From IMG/VR virus record IMGVR_UViG_3300025645_000055, positions 9,386-73,385 of that record: a stretch of 64,000 bases of DNA; one strand, written 5' to 3'. Shown here piece after piece: positions 45,402 through 55,804 of the stretch. The first letter of the stretch is position 1; each line of letters starts with the position of its first letter. The translations under genes were made by a program, and so were the position numbers. Origin of the DNA: a virus. Under the pieces are notes generated by a model. It was not told where the DNA came from, did no database searches, and worked only from the letters and a program-made list of their open reading frames with translations.

Positions 45402-45884
45402 ATGGGAATTAGTGTATGTCCTAGGATTATCCTAGGTGTTAATATGAGTTACTTAATCAGAACAAGGATTGAGAAAGAAGAGTTTGAAATCCACGATGAG
45501 CGAGGACAAAAAACTGGTAATATTGGTGTAGATAAAAAAACCTTCTACGATATTGATTATAAAGGTGGAACTTTAACCACTGGTGATGCTACTGGTGAAG
45601 GTCTATATACTGATGAAATCTGTGATTTAATTAATGTACCAGAAGAACCAAATGAAAACAAATTAGGTGTCTTCCAAACTGATTACGAAGAAGAAAATAC
45701 ACCAGATAATTTAATATTAGGTGTTAAATTAATAGAAGGAGACGATGCCATGTATGGTAGCACTACTGATATTCTAAATACTGATAAATTAGCTAGGGAC
45801 ATTGAACAGTTAAAGAAAACACTTAAAGATGACTTTAATTGTGATATCATACCTTCATTATATCTTAATACAAATGTTGGATAA
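45402..45884 (+). CDS. Hypothetical protein
   Basis: 160-aa ORF. Confidence 0.7.
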   Translation: MGISVCPRIILGVNMSYLIRTRIEKEEFEIHDERGQKTGNIGVDKKTFYDIDYKGGTLTTGDATGEGLYTDEICDLINVPEEPNENKLGVFQTDYEEENTPDNLILGVKLIEGDDAMYGSTTDILNTDKLARDIEQLKKTLKDDFNCDIIPSLYLNTNVG

Positions 45885-46093
45885 TGGAAACATTAAAATT
45901 TCATAACCCACAACTAAGTAACTTCTTAATTGAAGCGAAAGAAAATGAGTACCCAATGTCTAAAACGGATATTGGGCATAACTCAATAACATTTGTTATG
46001 AATGAATACACCCAATTCACCTTCACATATTATGATAATAAGGTGGCTAGGGATGAAGACTTTGAACAATTTAAAAATTACTCATTAACATGA
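45884..46093 (+). CDS. Hypothetical protein
   Basis: Coupled ORF. Confidence 0.6.
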   Translation: METLKFHNPQLSNFLIEAKENEYPMSKTDIGHNSITFVMNEYTQFTFTYYDNKVARDEDFEQFKNYSLT

Positions 46094-46320
46094 CACAATT
46101 ACCAGCTTTAATAGCAATTGGTACATTACTATATATGACCATTGTAAATAAGGAGATTAAAATACTATATTTAATCTCTGCAATATGTGGTGGAATCGTT
46201 GCTATTGGTAGTACCATTAAAGTTTTTAGTGGTGGTATGGTTATATTCTACGTTATTGGTAGTATATTCTGGATAATTTTTACATATTTTATATTTAAAC
46301 AATGGAAGAAATCCGTTTAA
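46090..46320 (+). CDS. Small membrane protein
   Basis: Three hydrophobic segments. Confidence 0.6.
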   Translation: MTQLPALIAIGTLLYMTIVNKEIKILYLISAICGGIVAIGSTIKVFSGGMVIFYVIGSIFWIIFTYFIFKQWKKSV

Positions 46321-46437
46321 GTGTAACAAAACATAGATAAAGAGTACAATTTTAATAAAAAATATGTTAAAATATTATGGAATTAATAACTTTTTGGTTA
46401 TAACATAGTTTTAAGATATTTATAACAATATAGTATT

Positions 46438-46746
46438 ATGGATATAATGAACATATTAATAGTGATAATCATAATATTGGTGGTTGCGTTAATAGTTATT
46501 CCACCAATAGTTAAGAATAACATAACCTTAAATACAACACTTAGCTTATCGTTGGTTGTTGCTTGTGGGTCGTTATCGGTTCTATTAGCAACTAGGGGTA
46601 ATTGGTTTGGTTGTGCATTATGGGCTGTTTATTCGGTCTTATTTGTTACCAGAATGGTTAATCATAGGTCATGTAGATTAAAAACTAAAGATATTGAAAA
46701 ACGATTAGAGAAACTAATTGAAAAAGAGAATCTAGATAAAAAATAA
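46438..46746 (+). CDS. Three-TM membrane protein
   Basis: Hydrophobic with a basic C-terminal tail; TATTTATA upstream. Confidence 0.6.
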   Translation: MDIMNILIVIIIILVVALIVIPPIVKNNITLNTTLSLSLVVACGSLSVLLATRGNWFGCALWAVYSVLFVTRMVNHRSCRLKTKDIEKRLEKLIEKENLDKK

Positions 46747-46752
46747 CATATT

Positions 46753-47046
46753 ATGTATAGTCTTATTTTATTCATCACCATCACGGTGATTGAAACAATT
46801 TTTGTTTTATGGAAATGGTCCGACATTAGAGACTACCAAAACATCGCAACAGATGTTGCCTCGGTTACCAACTTAGATAAACAAACTAAGTATAAGAAGA
46901 TAACTAAAATCTTCGGTAACCTATTAAACAACTTCAGAAAATTTCTTATTATACCAATAATTTTAATCCTATTGGTTAACTTTATTGCCTCAACAATCGT
47001 TGGGTCATTGATTCATTTGGTGGTTTATTTAATTTCTTTGATTTAA
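46753..47046 (+). CDS. Membrane protein
   Basis: Two hydrophobic segments. Confidence 0.6.
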   Translation: MYSLILFITITVIETIFVLWKWSDIRDYQNIATDVASVTNLDKQTKYKKITKIFGNLLNNFRKFLIIPIILILLVNFIASTIVGSLIHLVVYLISLI

Positions 47047-47083
47047 ATTAGGTAGTGTCATTTATTTTTTATATCTTTGTAAT

Positions 47084-47842
47084 ATGAAAAACATAACTAG
47101 AAATACAATTAAGGTAAACGTTCCACTTCCAAGGAAAGATTTTTTAAAGTGGGAAGATGAACAACAAACCCTTAGTGTTCAAACTGAATTTAATGGTGAC
47201 ACTAATAACTTCACATTTAGATTAACAATACCTAAATTCGTTTACGATAAGGTTAAGGACACAGATTCTGGTTACTACACAAACCCACTAAAGGTTGAAG
47301 CTTGGGAAACCAAAGAAAAGAAATTTACAAAAACAATGTCATATAGTCAATTGGGTTATTTACTAACACAACTAACAGACTTATGTGTCTATGCTATGTC
47401 ATTAGCAGAGAGAGAAGAAGCTAAGACTGAAAAGTATATTGCTATTAACTTCGTTCATGGTAATCTACAAAGAAAGGATGATTTTAACTTTGCATCGATG
47501 GGAAAACAAACCCAAAACAGTTTTCAATTCTTTACAGTATATAAGATAATTAAATCCCCACATTCACTTGATAGATACAATTACAAATCTGATGTTAGAA
47601 TCGGAAGTAAGATGGAAACCAATAAAAATGCTAATAATAAGAAATGGCATTACTATGGTGTGGGTACAGTTGAACGATTTAAACTAGTTAGATGGACTCA
47701 AGAAAGAGAAGACTTCTTAACTAAGGTTCAAACTAAGTTTGTAGATATGAATGATTCACTAGATGTGTTTCTTGGTAATATCACAGATGATAAAATAGAA
47801 GAACTAATGACTAATAGTCCAAAATTTTTACTAGAAAACTAA
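47084..47842 (+). CDS. Hypothetical protein
   Basis: 252-aa ORF after a promoter. Confidence 0.75.
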   Translation: MKNITRNTIKVNVPLPRKDFLKWEDEQQTLSVQTEFNGDTNNFTFRLTIPKFVYDKVKDTDSGYYTNPLKVEAWETKEKKFTKTMSYSQLGYLLTQLTDLCVYAMSLAEREEAKTEKYIAINFVHGNLQRKDDFNFASMGKQTQNSFQFFTVYKIIKSPHSLDRYNYKSDVRIGSKMETNKNANNKKWHYYGVGTVERFKLVRWTQEREDFLTKVQTKFVDMNDSLDVFLGNITDDKIEELMTNSPKFLLEN

Positions 47843-48150
47843 TGGAAAAAACGACAACACAAAGAGGTTTTGATATCACAAATTTCAAAGACCTATACGA
47901 CAATGACTGTTCACTACAAGAGTCTAGCCTAGCAACACAAGCTGCTATTTGGTTAGGTATCAGTCGTCCAACCCCAAAGATTATGGCCTCACAAGCTAAA
48001 CAATTTGGTGTTGAAACAGATGAAACAACTGGTTGGGTAGAATATCCAATTCCAGAAGAGGTTTTAATATCCACTAGGATGCATTTATCTGTTGACCTGG
48101 CTAAAGAACTTATAACAGAATTAGAAACCTTTGTAAAAGAAAACGAATAA
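47842..48150 (+). CDS. Hypothetical phage protein
   Basis: RGF..F.D.Y..CSLQESSLA..IWLG..RMHL. Confidence 0.75.
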   Translation: MEKTTTQRGFDITNFKDLYDNDCSLQESSLATQAAIWLGISRPTPKIMASQAKQFGVETDETTGWVEYPIPEEVLISTRMHLSVDLAKELITELETFVKENE

Positions 48151-48515
48151 TGACAGAAGAAGATATTAAATTACAATACGAAGACTTTAAGTTGAATAAT
48201 AAACTTACCTATGAGACATTGGGGAAGCTATTATTTGATGCTAAGGTTGTTAGAATAGACAATGACTATGTTGAAAGTTATAACTATGCTGGTAAACACC
48301 CAACGGTAGATAACTACTCTATGTTGGTAAAAACTAATGATGTTGAACGAATTCAAGTGGTTTATAAGTCATTTAAAGGTGAGTACTATGTATGTACTGA
48401 ACCACTACATGATTTGTTCATTGATAAGATAATCATTGAAAATAGAATAGCCAAAGCTGAGCACATACATAATGGGGTTAAAGAAAAGTTGGTACAATAT
48501 ATAGAAAACCAATAA
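48150..48515 (+). CDS. Hypothetical protein
   Basis: Coupled ORF. Confidence 0.65.
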   Translation: MTEEDIKLQYEDFKLNNKLTYETLGKLLFDAKVVRIDNDYVESYNYAGKHPTVDNYSMLVKTNDVERIQVVYKSFKGEYYVCTEPLHDLFIDKIIIENRIAKAEHIHNGVKEKLVQYIENQ

Positions 48516-48582
48516 AAAACTTGTGAGTAACAATTAAAAGAACTATATTTGCTAAACAATAACGAACTTTAATATAATAATT

Positions 48583-48876
48583 ATGAATGAAATAGGTGGT
48601 AGTATAATTTTTTTTCTTGGGGCATTCGGTCTCATGTGGGTAATCAGTGCTGGTCTTAGAAGCACATATCAAATTACAGATTACAATGCAAAAACACAAA
48701 TAGAACGAGTTGTGGGTACTAAAGAGTATAAAATACTTGATAGAAGTAACAATTCAATATGGGTTGGGTCACCTGGTGATGTAACTTACAATCTTGAACT
48801 ACCAAGTGGTGAAGTAGTATCTTGTCGATGTACAGATAGTTTCTTCCAACCATTAATTTGTAGAAAATATCAATAA
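48583..48876 (+). CDS. Membrane-anchored hypothetical protein
   Basis: N-terminal TM. Confidence 0.6.
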   Translation: MNEIGGSIIFFLGAFGLMWVISAGLRSTYQITDYNAKTQIERVVGTKEYKILDRSNNSIWVGSPGDVTYNLELPSGEVVSCRCTDSFFQPLICRKYQ

Positions 48877-48878
48877 TT

Positions 48879-49142
48879 ATGGGAAAATATGTAAATGTAA
48901 TTGGTGGAGAAGTAATTGGTGCATCCTTTAGAGATAAAGTACAAGCATTAATTGGGGGTGGTGCAAAAGAAACCACGGGTGATAAATTTGAAGAAAACTT
49001 GGTTTGTGTCGTAGATAATGGATTCTTCGCTGCAGCAGGTTATGCTTATAACGAATCAGAGTATGAAGAATTTAGTGACCCAGATGACCCAAGACCAAAA
49101 AGATGGTTCACACTTGATGATGTTGAAAACATAGCCAAATAA
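48879..49142 (+). CDS. Hypothetical phage protein
   Basis: VCVVDNGFF.AA..D.RPKRW. Confidence 0.7.
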   Translation: MGKYVNVIGGEVIGASFRDKVQALIGGGAKETTGDKFEENLVCVVDNGFFAAAGYAYNESEYEEFSDPDDPRPKRWFTLDDVENIAK

Positions 49143-49161
49143 TAACATAAAAAAATAAAAC

Positions 49162-50250
49162 ATGAGTCATTTTGCAGTATTAGTAATAGGAGAAAATATT
49201 GAGGGTCAATTAGCACCATACCAAGAGAGTATGGATGATAACTCCAATGAAGAATATTTTGAATTTCATGACCTTACACCAGAGTATAAAGAAGATTATG
49301 AAACTGGAACATCTAGTGAGTTTTATTGTTCTAGTAATTCTTCTTGGGGTCAAGAAATTACCGAAGACTTATTTAAAACACTTGAAGATGCCGTAGTTGG
49401 TAGACGAATAATCCATACGGTTGAAAAATCAATGGGTTTAGGTAGTTACTATAAACTTAATGGAAACTACAGAGGTTATTACCCATTACCCGAAAACAAA
49501 AGATGTGAGGGTGATGTATGGTTTAAGGTAACCAAAATCATAGAATCTACACACCCAACTGAAGGTGTGTGTTTTGATGGTGTAATTCAAGTTCAAAAGA
49601 TTGACCCACCAAAAGAACTTCCCAATAAAGATGCATATACAACATTTGAAGAGTTTTGTCTTGACTACTGTGGTAGTGAACCAGAAGAAGATGGTAGATA
49701 TGGTTATATGACAAACCCAAATGCTAAATGGGATTGGTTTCAAATTGGTGGTAGATACAGAGATAGACTTAAAATGAAACAACCAGAGTTAGCCTTGAAA
49801 GGTGGGGGTATGGAGGCATTCCCGACACTTTATCGTGAATCAACAGATGGTTATGGGGATGTGGGTTTAAAATCCGACATTGATTTCGATGCAATGCATG
49901 GTAACCAAAAAGACTATGATGAAGCAATTCGTTTCTGGGAAATGAAAATAGATGGTTCTGAACCAACTACACCAGAAGAAGAAGAACAAATGAAATTTTC
50001 TTACTATAAAGATGCTTACTACACTGATAGATACAAAACCAAAGAGGTTTACGCTAAGTGTATGGCTAATTTCACGATGTGGGCTATTTTAAAAGATGGT
50101 AAATGGTATGAGAAAGGTGAGATGGGTATGTTTGGTATGTCTGGTGAGTCTGGTGATGAAGCATTAGAATGGGAACTTAACTTCTATGATACATTCATAG
50201 CACCATTAGACGATAATACATTAATAACAGTTGTAGACTGTCACATATAA
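49162..50250 (+). CDS. Hypothetical phage protein
   Basis: MSHFAVLVIG..NPNAKWDWFQIGGRY..VVDCHI motif set. Confidence 0.8.
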   Translation: MSHFAVLVIGENIEGQLAPYQESMDDNSNEEYFEFHDLTPEYKEDYETGTSSEFYCSSNSSWGQEITEDLFKTLEDAVVGRRIIHTVEKSMGLGSYYKLNGNYRGYYPLPENKRCEGDVWFKVTKIIESTHPTEGVCFDGVIQVQKIDPPKELPNKDAYTTFEEFCLDYCGSEPEEDGRYGYMTNPNAKWDWFQIGGRYRDRLKMKQPELALKGGGMEAFPTLYRESTDGYGDVGLKSDIDFDAMHGNQKDYDEAIRFWEMKIDGSEPTTPEEEEQMKFSYYKDAYYTDRYKTKEVYAKCMANFTMWAILKDGKWYEKGEMGMFGMSGESGDEALEWELNFYDTFIAPLDDNTLITVVDCHI

Positions 50251-50721
50251 ATGGATATACCCAAAGTAAATCAAAGAATAAGAAATGTTGAGGAAGAAAT
50301 AGAAAATCAATATGTGTATGATATATACAGAACTGAAATCTATGAAACCTTTAGCGATAAAGCCCATACTAATGGGTGGAAACTATCCTTACAAGGTCAT
50401 ACAACCAAAGATGGTCTATTCCTATATCATAGGCTTATAGACTTCTTAGATGAGACCCAAACGGCTTATAAATTAGCAACAGTTAGAAGGTATAATCATA
50501 CGAAGGACTTTAAACCAACGGAACAATCCAAAAAGGGTATGACCATCTATATCAGAAATGATTGGGATACAATGCTCTTCGCAGAAGAGATATACAAACG
50601 AATTAAAGACTATAAAGGTTGGCAAGATATTCCAACCCCAACGTCTTATGAGCACTACGCAGGTGCTGTCTATATTAGAAATGATAGAGACGAAAATGGC
50701 GAATATATAAGAGCAAATTAA
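50251..50721 (+). CDS. Hypothetical protein, possible phosphothreonine-lyase-like fold
   Basis: GWKLSL..YK..K.MTIY. Confidence 0.5.
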   Translation: MDIPKVNQRIRNVEEEIENQYVYDIYRTEIYETFSDKAHTNGWKLSLQGHTTKDGLFLYHRLIDFLDETQTAYKLATVRRYNHTKDFKPTEQSKKGMTIYIRNDWDTMLFAEEIYKRIKDYKGWQDIPTPTSYEHYAGAVYIRNDRDENGEYIRAN

Positions 50722-50740
50722 TAATAAAAAACAAGAAATT

Positions 50741-51142
50741 ATGAGTGGAACAAAAATTACGGTAATAGCAGTAATAGGGGTGGTTGGAATAATTCTATCA
50801 CTAATGTTTGGGATTCCCAAATATAATGTATGGCAATCTAAAATAGCAATTGAAACTGCCCAAAACAATGGTAAGGCTCAAATGGCTCAAGCCGAAGAAA
50901 ACCGTAAGATTGCAGTGTTAGAAGCACAAGCAAACCTGGAAGTGGAAACACTTAATGGTCAAGCCGAAGTTGAAAGAGCAACCTATATGGCACAAGCTAT
51001 TGAAATAGAGAATGGTAAACTTACCACTAAATATATTCAATATCTATGGGTTAGAAATATCGATAAAATGGATGGTGATGTAATCTATATCCCAACCGAA
51101 GCTAATCTTCCAATATTGGAAGCAACAAAGAAAAACCAATAG
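50741..51142 (+). CDS. Membrane-anchored coiled-coil protein (SPFH C-terminal-like)
   Basis: TM, A/E-rich coil, YIQYLW..IYIPTE. Confidence 0.65.
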   Translation: MSGTKITVIAVIGVVGIILSLMFGIPKYNVWQSKIAIETAQNNGKAQMAQAEENRKIAVLEAQANLEVETLNGQAEVERATYMAQAIEIENGKLTTKYIQYLWVRNIDKMDGDVIYIPTEANLPILEATKKNQ

Positions 51143-51144
51143 TC

Positions 51145-51381
51145 ATGAGAGGTATATTAGGACTAGTATTAATGGTAGTGGGGTTGATTGGGGCTGGATA
51201 CATCGCAATTTGGTGGGGTATCGTACAACCAATAATGACAATAGCAGAAGCTATTGATACAGACACAGTTTCGGCAACGTTGATTGGAAAAGAAGTGATT
51301 AAGTTCTTCTTAAAAGAGGTGGTAGCTGGAATATGGTTTTATGTATTTGTTATCTGGGGATATACAAGATTATTAAAATAA
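51145..51381 (+). CDS. Membrane protein
   Basis: Two TMs. Confidence 0.6.
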   Translation: MRGILGLVLMVVGLIGAGYIAIWWGIVQPIMTIAEAIDTDTVSATLIGKEVIKFFLKEVVAGIWFYVFVIWGYTRLLK

Positions 51382-51550
51382 TGAAGTATTTACCATTTTT
51401 AATACCATCAATACTACTTGCTCTAGGGACTGTGTGGTTAGCCTATAATGGGATAAATGGATGGGGTTGGTTACTATTTGGAGCAATAATACTGTTCCCA
51501 ACAATTAAAAGTGATTCAGATGATGAATAATATATAAAAAAAAAACAATT

Positions 51551-52471
51551 ATGGATACAACAATAACAGAAAGAGAAATTATCATAAACGAAGATTTAGA
51601 GTTTGGTGATATTAGTACGTGGGGAGACCCAATAGAAAATTTAGTTAAGACTTTTAGAGGGTCTAACATCGTTAGAACGGTAGTAAGTGGTAAATATACC
51701 CACTATACCTTTATTGAGTACCTAAAGATGGCTTATGATAACCATAAGGGTTTGATTATTAAGCCAGATTTCATTTGGCATACGGTTCTTTATGAATTGT
51801 CTCAACTAATCATTGCAGACCCAGAAAAATATCGTGATTTCTTTACAACCACAGAGGGTAAACAAAAAATTACTGTACCAACTAATGACCCACAATTAAT
51901 TGATTTACAACTAATCATAGATATTCTACACGAACTAGTGCCAACAGACACACGTGATTATTTATTAGATTTTTCAACAACAGATGAATTATCTAAGATG
52001 GCGATTAATGCAGCTTTTTGTGAAGCAGTATCACCGTTTTATGATTATGGTATGTTCATGTGTGGTATCCCCAAGATGAAGATACTTGGTACTGAAGAAG
52101 ATTGGGACAAGATAAAAACTTCATGTGAAAACCTAAAAGAAACATTCAGTGACCATACATCATATTTTGATGGTGTAATTAATTTGGTTGATAAGTTTAA
52201 TGATGGTACAGATATAGAATATTTGGGTCAAATATTTAATAGCCAACGAGAAGGTTCTGGAAGTAAATTACACATTGATGGTTGGGTTAAAGATTTGTTC
52301 GCAGATAAAACCCACACCAAGTATAAAGAAATGCCAAGGCAATTGTCTAGTGTTAAGTATGAATTTCTTAATACTGGTCAAAACTTTAAACTACATTGTG
52401 GTCTGTTTTCTTCTAACTTAGAAGATGACTATTTAGTACCAGAATACGGATATCTAATAGAAGAATTATAA
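51551..52471 (+). CDS. DUF4419-like protein
   Basis: AYDNH..L.IKPDFIW, DFSTT, CGIP...LGT.EDW, I.GW. Confidence 0.75.
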   Translation: MDTTITEREIIINEDLEFGDISTWGDPIENLVKTFRGSNIVRTVVSGKYTHYTFIEYLKMAYDNHKGLIIKPDFIWHTVLYELSQLIIADPEKYRDFFTTTEGKQKITVPTNDPQLIDLQLIIDILHELVPTDTRDYLLDFSTTDELSKMAINAAFCEAVSPFYDYGMFMCGIPKMKILGTEEDWDKIKTSCENLKETFSDHTSYFDGVINLVDKFNDGTDIEYLGQIFNSQREGSGSKLHIDGWVKDLFADKTHTKYKEMPRQLSSVKYEFLNTGQNFKLHCGLFSSNLEDDYLVPEYGYLIEEL

Positions 52472-52492
52472 TAATTTAAAAAACATTTAATT

Positions 52493-52750
52493 ATGAAAAC
52501 ACAAGAGGAAAAAGATTTAATGATTCAAAGACTAAGTGATGAACGAGATTCAACACCAGAGTATAGTTTTTTCAATGAGAATAATTGGATAAAACTTGAT
52601 GCCAAGATTGATATAATTAGTGGTGATATGTCCTTAGAGGATTTTGATGAGGGTGATTGGGAAGAAATGGATGATGTTAACATGGCGTTTCGAGCAGCAG
52701 AAGAAGCTGAAGATTGGTTAAATGGGGACTTAGATGATGAAGACCTATAG
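52493..52750 (+). CDS. Acidic hypothetical protein
   Basis: D/E-rich ORF. Confidence 0.65.
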   Translation: MKTQEEKDLMIQRLSDERDSTPEYSFFNENNWIKLDAKIDIISGDMSLEDFDEGDWEEMDDVNMAFRAAEEAEDWLNGDLDDEDL

Positions 52751-52752
52751 TC

Positions 52753-53112
52753 ATGGGTTTTTTCACTAAGAGAAGTAAAGAGAAAATATGCAGTGAAACC
52801 AAGAAACACCGATATAATTCGGAAGCACAAGCTGTAAGGGCTATCAATAATTATGACAAACTAAAAAGGTCATACTATTGTGAACATTGTGATGGATTCC
52901 ATAACACCAGTGCATCGATAACAGATGTACTTGAACATGGTCAATTATCACTTGAAGAAGAAAATAGACTATTAAAAATTAAGGTTAATGAAATCGTTAA
53001 ACGTAATGATATGTTAATCGAGAAAAGTCGTAATCAAAAACATGCATTGGCAACTGCCAATCTTAAGATTAAATCAATGAATGCTGGGTTTAAACCTGGT
53101 GATAAGTGTTAA
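52753..53112 (+). CDS. Zinc-finger hypothetical protein
   Basis: K.RY..A..R.YYCEHCDGFH.TS. Confidence 0.65.
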   Translation: MGFFTKRSKEKICSETKKHRYNSEAQAVRAINNYDKLKRSYYCEHCDGFHNTSASITDVLEHGQLSLEEENRLLKIKVNEIVKRNDMLIEKSRNQKHALATANLKIKSMNAGFKPGDKC

Positions 53113-53122
53113 AATAAACAAT

Positions 53123-53377
53123 ATGAAAGGATTATTTAACGTAGACGATTATAATGACTGGTTTAATGACAAAGGTAAAAAAACCGAATCATACGCAAAC
53201 CCAGGTATCTTCCTAAGATTAGATAAGTTATCTGATGACCTAATATTTGATTACTTTAGAGAATGTAGGGTTGATGATGTTGAGAACCTAATGTATGGTC
53301 AATATAAAGAAGAATTTAATAAATTCCGAACTGACATAAGAGCAGATTGGAGAGATAAACTAGATAAAAAAGAATAG
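53123..53377 (+). CDS. Hypothetical protein
   Basis: Start moved to MKGLF. Confidence 0.6.
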   Translation: MKGLFNVDDYNDWFNDKGKKTESYANPGIFLRLDKLSDDLIFDYFRECRVDDVENLMYGQYKEEFNKFRTDIRADWRDKLDKKE

Positions 53378-53382
53378 AAATT

Positions 53383-53739
53383 ATGAGTGGAACAAAAATT
53401 ACAGTAAAGAAAAAAGACCTTATCACTAAGATTAAGGAGAACAAAGCATTACATGTTGAAGAATTCAATCAAGCAGTTGTTGATTATAAAGTAGAAGCAT
53501 TAAGACAACTTAATGAACAAATCAGTGAGGTTGCAAATGGTGGGCTTGAGGCAAAATTAGACTTGGTAACACCAATTGATAACTCTTCAGAGTATGATGA
53601 CCTTATCGATATGTTTGGTTGGACAACCAAAAAAGAGATTGAGTTAGAAAAGCATGAGTATAATCAATATATTAAGGATGATACCCAATCATCTATTCAT
53701 GCTAAATTTCAAAACACCTTTTATTCTTCAACACACTAA
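53383..53739 (+). CDS. Hypothetical phage protein
   Basis: 118-aa ORF. Confidence 0.7.
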   Translation: MSGTKITVKKKDLITKIKENKALHVEEFNQAVVDYKVEALRQLNEQISEVANGGLEAKLDLVTPIDNSSEYDDLIDMFGWTTKKEIELEKHEYNQYIKDDTQSSIHAKFQNTFYSSTH

Positions 53740-53742
53740 GAC

Positions 53743-54060
53743 ATGGAAAAGTTTTTAGAAATTAAAGAAGCAACCACCAAACTCCTTACTACTAAGTTAA
53801 AGGAACTGATGGTTCAAGATATTAAATACCTAATGGTTGGTAAGTTAACCAGTGTTAAGGTAATAGGTGTAAGCCTAGGTGATGTTGTTACCCACTTAGA
53901 AGAACTGGGTTTTACAGAGTCTAGAGACCTTGAATCAAATGGTTGGCAAATGGACTTCTGGATGCAATTCACCAATGGTGATGTAACATATGACCTGGGT
54001 GGTAGTGGTTACTACGGTAACGCTATATCAATCGAACTTAATACTGATAAAGATGAGTGA
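53743..54060 (+). CDS. Hypothetical protein
   Basis: ORF in gene run. Confidence 0.65.
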   Translation: MEKFLEIKEATTKLLTTKLKELMVQDIKYLMVGKLTSVKVIGVSLGDVVTHLEELGFTESRDLESNGWQMDFWMQFTNGDVTYDLGGSGYYGNAISIELNTDKDE

Positions 54061-54397
54061 GACCGTACATTATAGGGGAACACTAACTAAGGTTGATACC
54101 AAAGGTAAGACCGTTAACGAGTACGCTACAGAGTTTATAGACTCAAAAGGTATTGGTGTGGATGATTATTATGATAGTCCAGTAGAACATCTGGTAGACG
54201 ATTTCTATGAAATATTCTATTATCATAAACCATCAAAGACCTTGTATCTGATTAAAAGACAAAGGGTTGAAATTGATGAAGACATCATCAAAGCTGAACG
54301 ATTAGATAGTGGTGTCATTGAATTTGAACTAAAGTATTATAACGGTGGAGCTGGGTTTGAAGAATGCCTAGATGAAGCAATAGAAAATATGCAATAA
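54053..54397 (+). CDS. Hypothetical phage protein
   Basis: MSETVHYRG..YYNGGAGF. Confidence 0.7.
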   Translation: MSETVHYRGTLTKVDTKGKTVNEYATEFIDSKGIGVDDYYDSPVEHLVDDFYEIFYYHKPSKTLYLIKRQRVEIDEDIIKAERLDSGVIEFELKYYNGGAGFEECLDEAIENMQ

Positions 54398-54765
54398 TGG
54401 ATAAAGAGAAACTATTTCAAGACGTTAAATTCCCATTACATTGGGGTTGTGAAGAATATAAAATGTATATATTTGATGCCGATGATGAAATGGTTGCAAT
54501 GACCTATTATGATGTATTAGATGCAACAGCTACGTATCACCCATTTGAGAAATTGATTGGTGAATACAAGGATGTGGAAGAACCACCAAATGCCAAATAT
54601 GCACATACCAAAGGGGATTATTACGATAAGGGTATTTCAGACGAACCAATTGGTTGTGTTAGGGGTTGGGGTCATATCTCCAACAAGTATAGAAAGAATA
54701 TAACAGAGGCAGAAAATCGCCAAGATAATATTGGGGAATATATATTCCTCGTAATAAATTCATAA
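54397..54765 (+). CDS. Hypothetical protein
   Basis: Coupled ORF. Confidence 0.65.
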   Translation: MDKEKLFQDVKFPLHWGCEEYKMYIFDADDEMVAMTYYDVLDATATYHPFEKLIGEYKDVEEPPNAKYAHTKGDYYDKGISDEPIGCVRGWGHISNKYRKNITEAENRQDNIGEYIFLVINS

Positions 54766-54921
54766 TGACCGAAGAAAAGGCAAGAAGAATACTTGATAAA
54801 CATGATAAGTTTGTCGTTAAACACGGACTTAAGATTAGATACTTCATCAATGGATTTGTATGTGGTGTTATGATGTGTGTTGTTATGTTGGTAATAGGTA
54901 CAATTTTAAAACAATAATATA

Positions 54922-55146
54922 ATGGGTAAAAAAATACATAATGTAGATTGGGTAAATTCATCAAATGGATGTATCGGTATAGTATTATACGAAAACGAAT
55001 ATGGTGATAAGTTCGCCTATGTTAAACAAGTAAAGGGTCAAGACGAAGCTACTGATGTAGATGACGTTATCGATTGGGGTGGTAAAATACACCCACACCA
55101 AGCAAAAAGAATAAGTGAATTTTTAAATACAGAAGAAGATGCATAA
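54922..55146 (+). CDS. Hypothetical protein
   Basis: ORF in gene run. Confidence 0.6.
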   Translation: MGKKIHNVDWVNSSNGCIGIVLYENEYGDKFAYVKQVKGQDEATDVDDVIDWGGKIHPHQAKRISEFLNTEEDA

Positions 55147-55804
55147 AATATATGGGGAAAATGATGGTGAACTAGAGGGTCAACCAATGTCTGAATCAAT
55201 GGGTAATGACATAGAAGCAAAGTTTATAAATGAAATGTGTAATATGATAATTAATACATTAGATATTAATTATAATGATAGACGAATATTTTGGGCATTA
55301 TTTAAAGGTGTTTTTAATGATAAGTTAGATAATCGAGGTAAAAATAACCCAGGTCTTCTACAACAATATGAAGCATATGTTTTAGATAAGTCTTCTGAAA
55401 GGATTATTGGTTTTTTAGAATTGGGTGATGTGAAGGTTAACCATTCCCACGCAACACATGCCAAGTTTGCAGACATAATTAAAGCTATTGAAGATAAGTT
55501 TGCAGAACCAGTAATAGAAGAACCTAATGTTGTGGATTATAGAGATGAAACTAAGAATTGTAAATGTAGTGGTGATGGTTGGACAGAACATTCTCCAGGT
55601 CAAATAAGAACTTGCACTTGTAAAAGAAAAGAAGAACCAACTAGTATACCAGACTTAATCAAAACGTATAAAGGTAGAATCAACGAGATTAACGAATTGA
55701 TAGAAGATGGTGGTATGAATGAACATCTTATATATGAAACAGAACGTGCTACTCTTGAAGCTGTTGTTAACAATCTATCTAGTTGGTTGGTGTATCACTA
55801 CTAA
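55139..55804 (+). CDS. Hypothetical protein with a Cys cluster
   Basis: CKCSGDGW..CTC. Confidence 0.65.
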   Translation: MHKIYGENDGELEGQPMSESMGNDIEAKFINEMCNMIINTLDINYNDRRIFWALFKGVFNDKLDNRGKNNPGLLQQYEAYVLDKSSERIIGFLELGDVKVNHSHATHAKFADIIKAIEDKFAEPVIEEPNVVDYRDETKNCKCSGDGWTEHSPGQIRTCTCKRKEEPTSIPDLIKTYKGRINEINELIEDGGMNEHLIYETERATLEAVVNNLSSWLVYHY

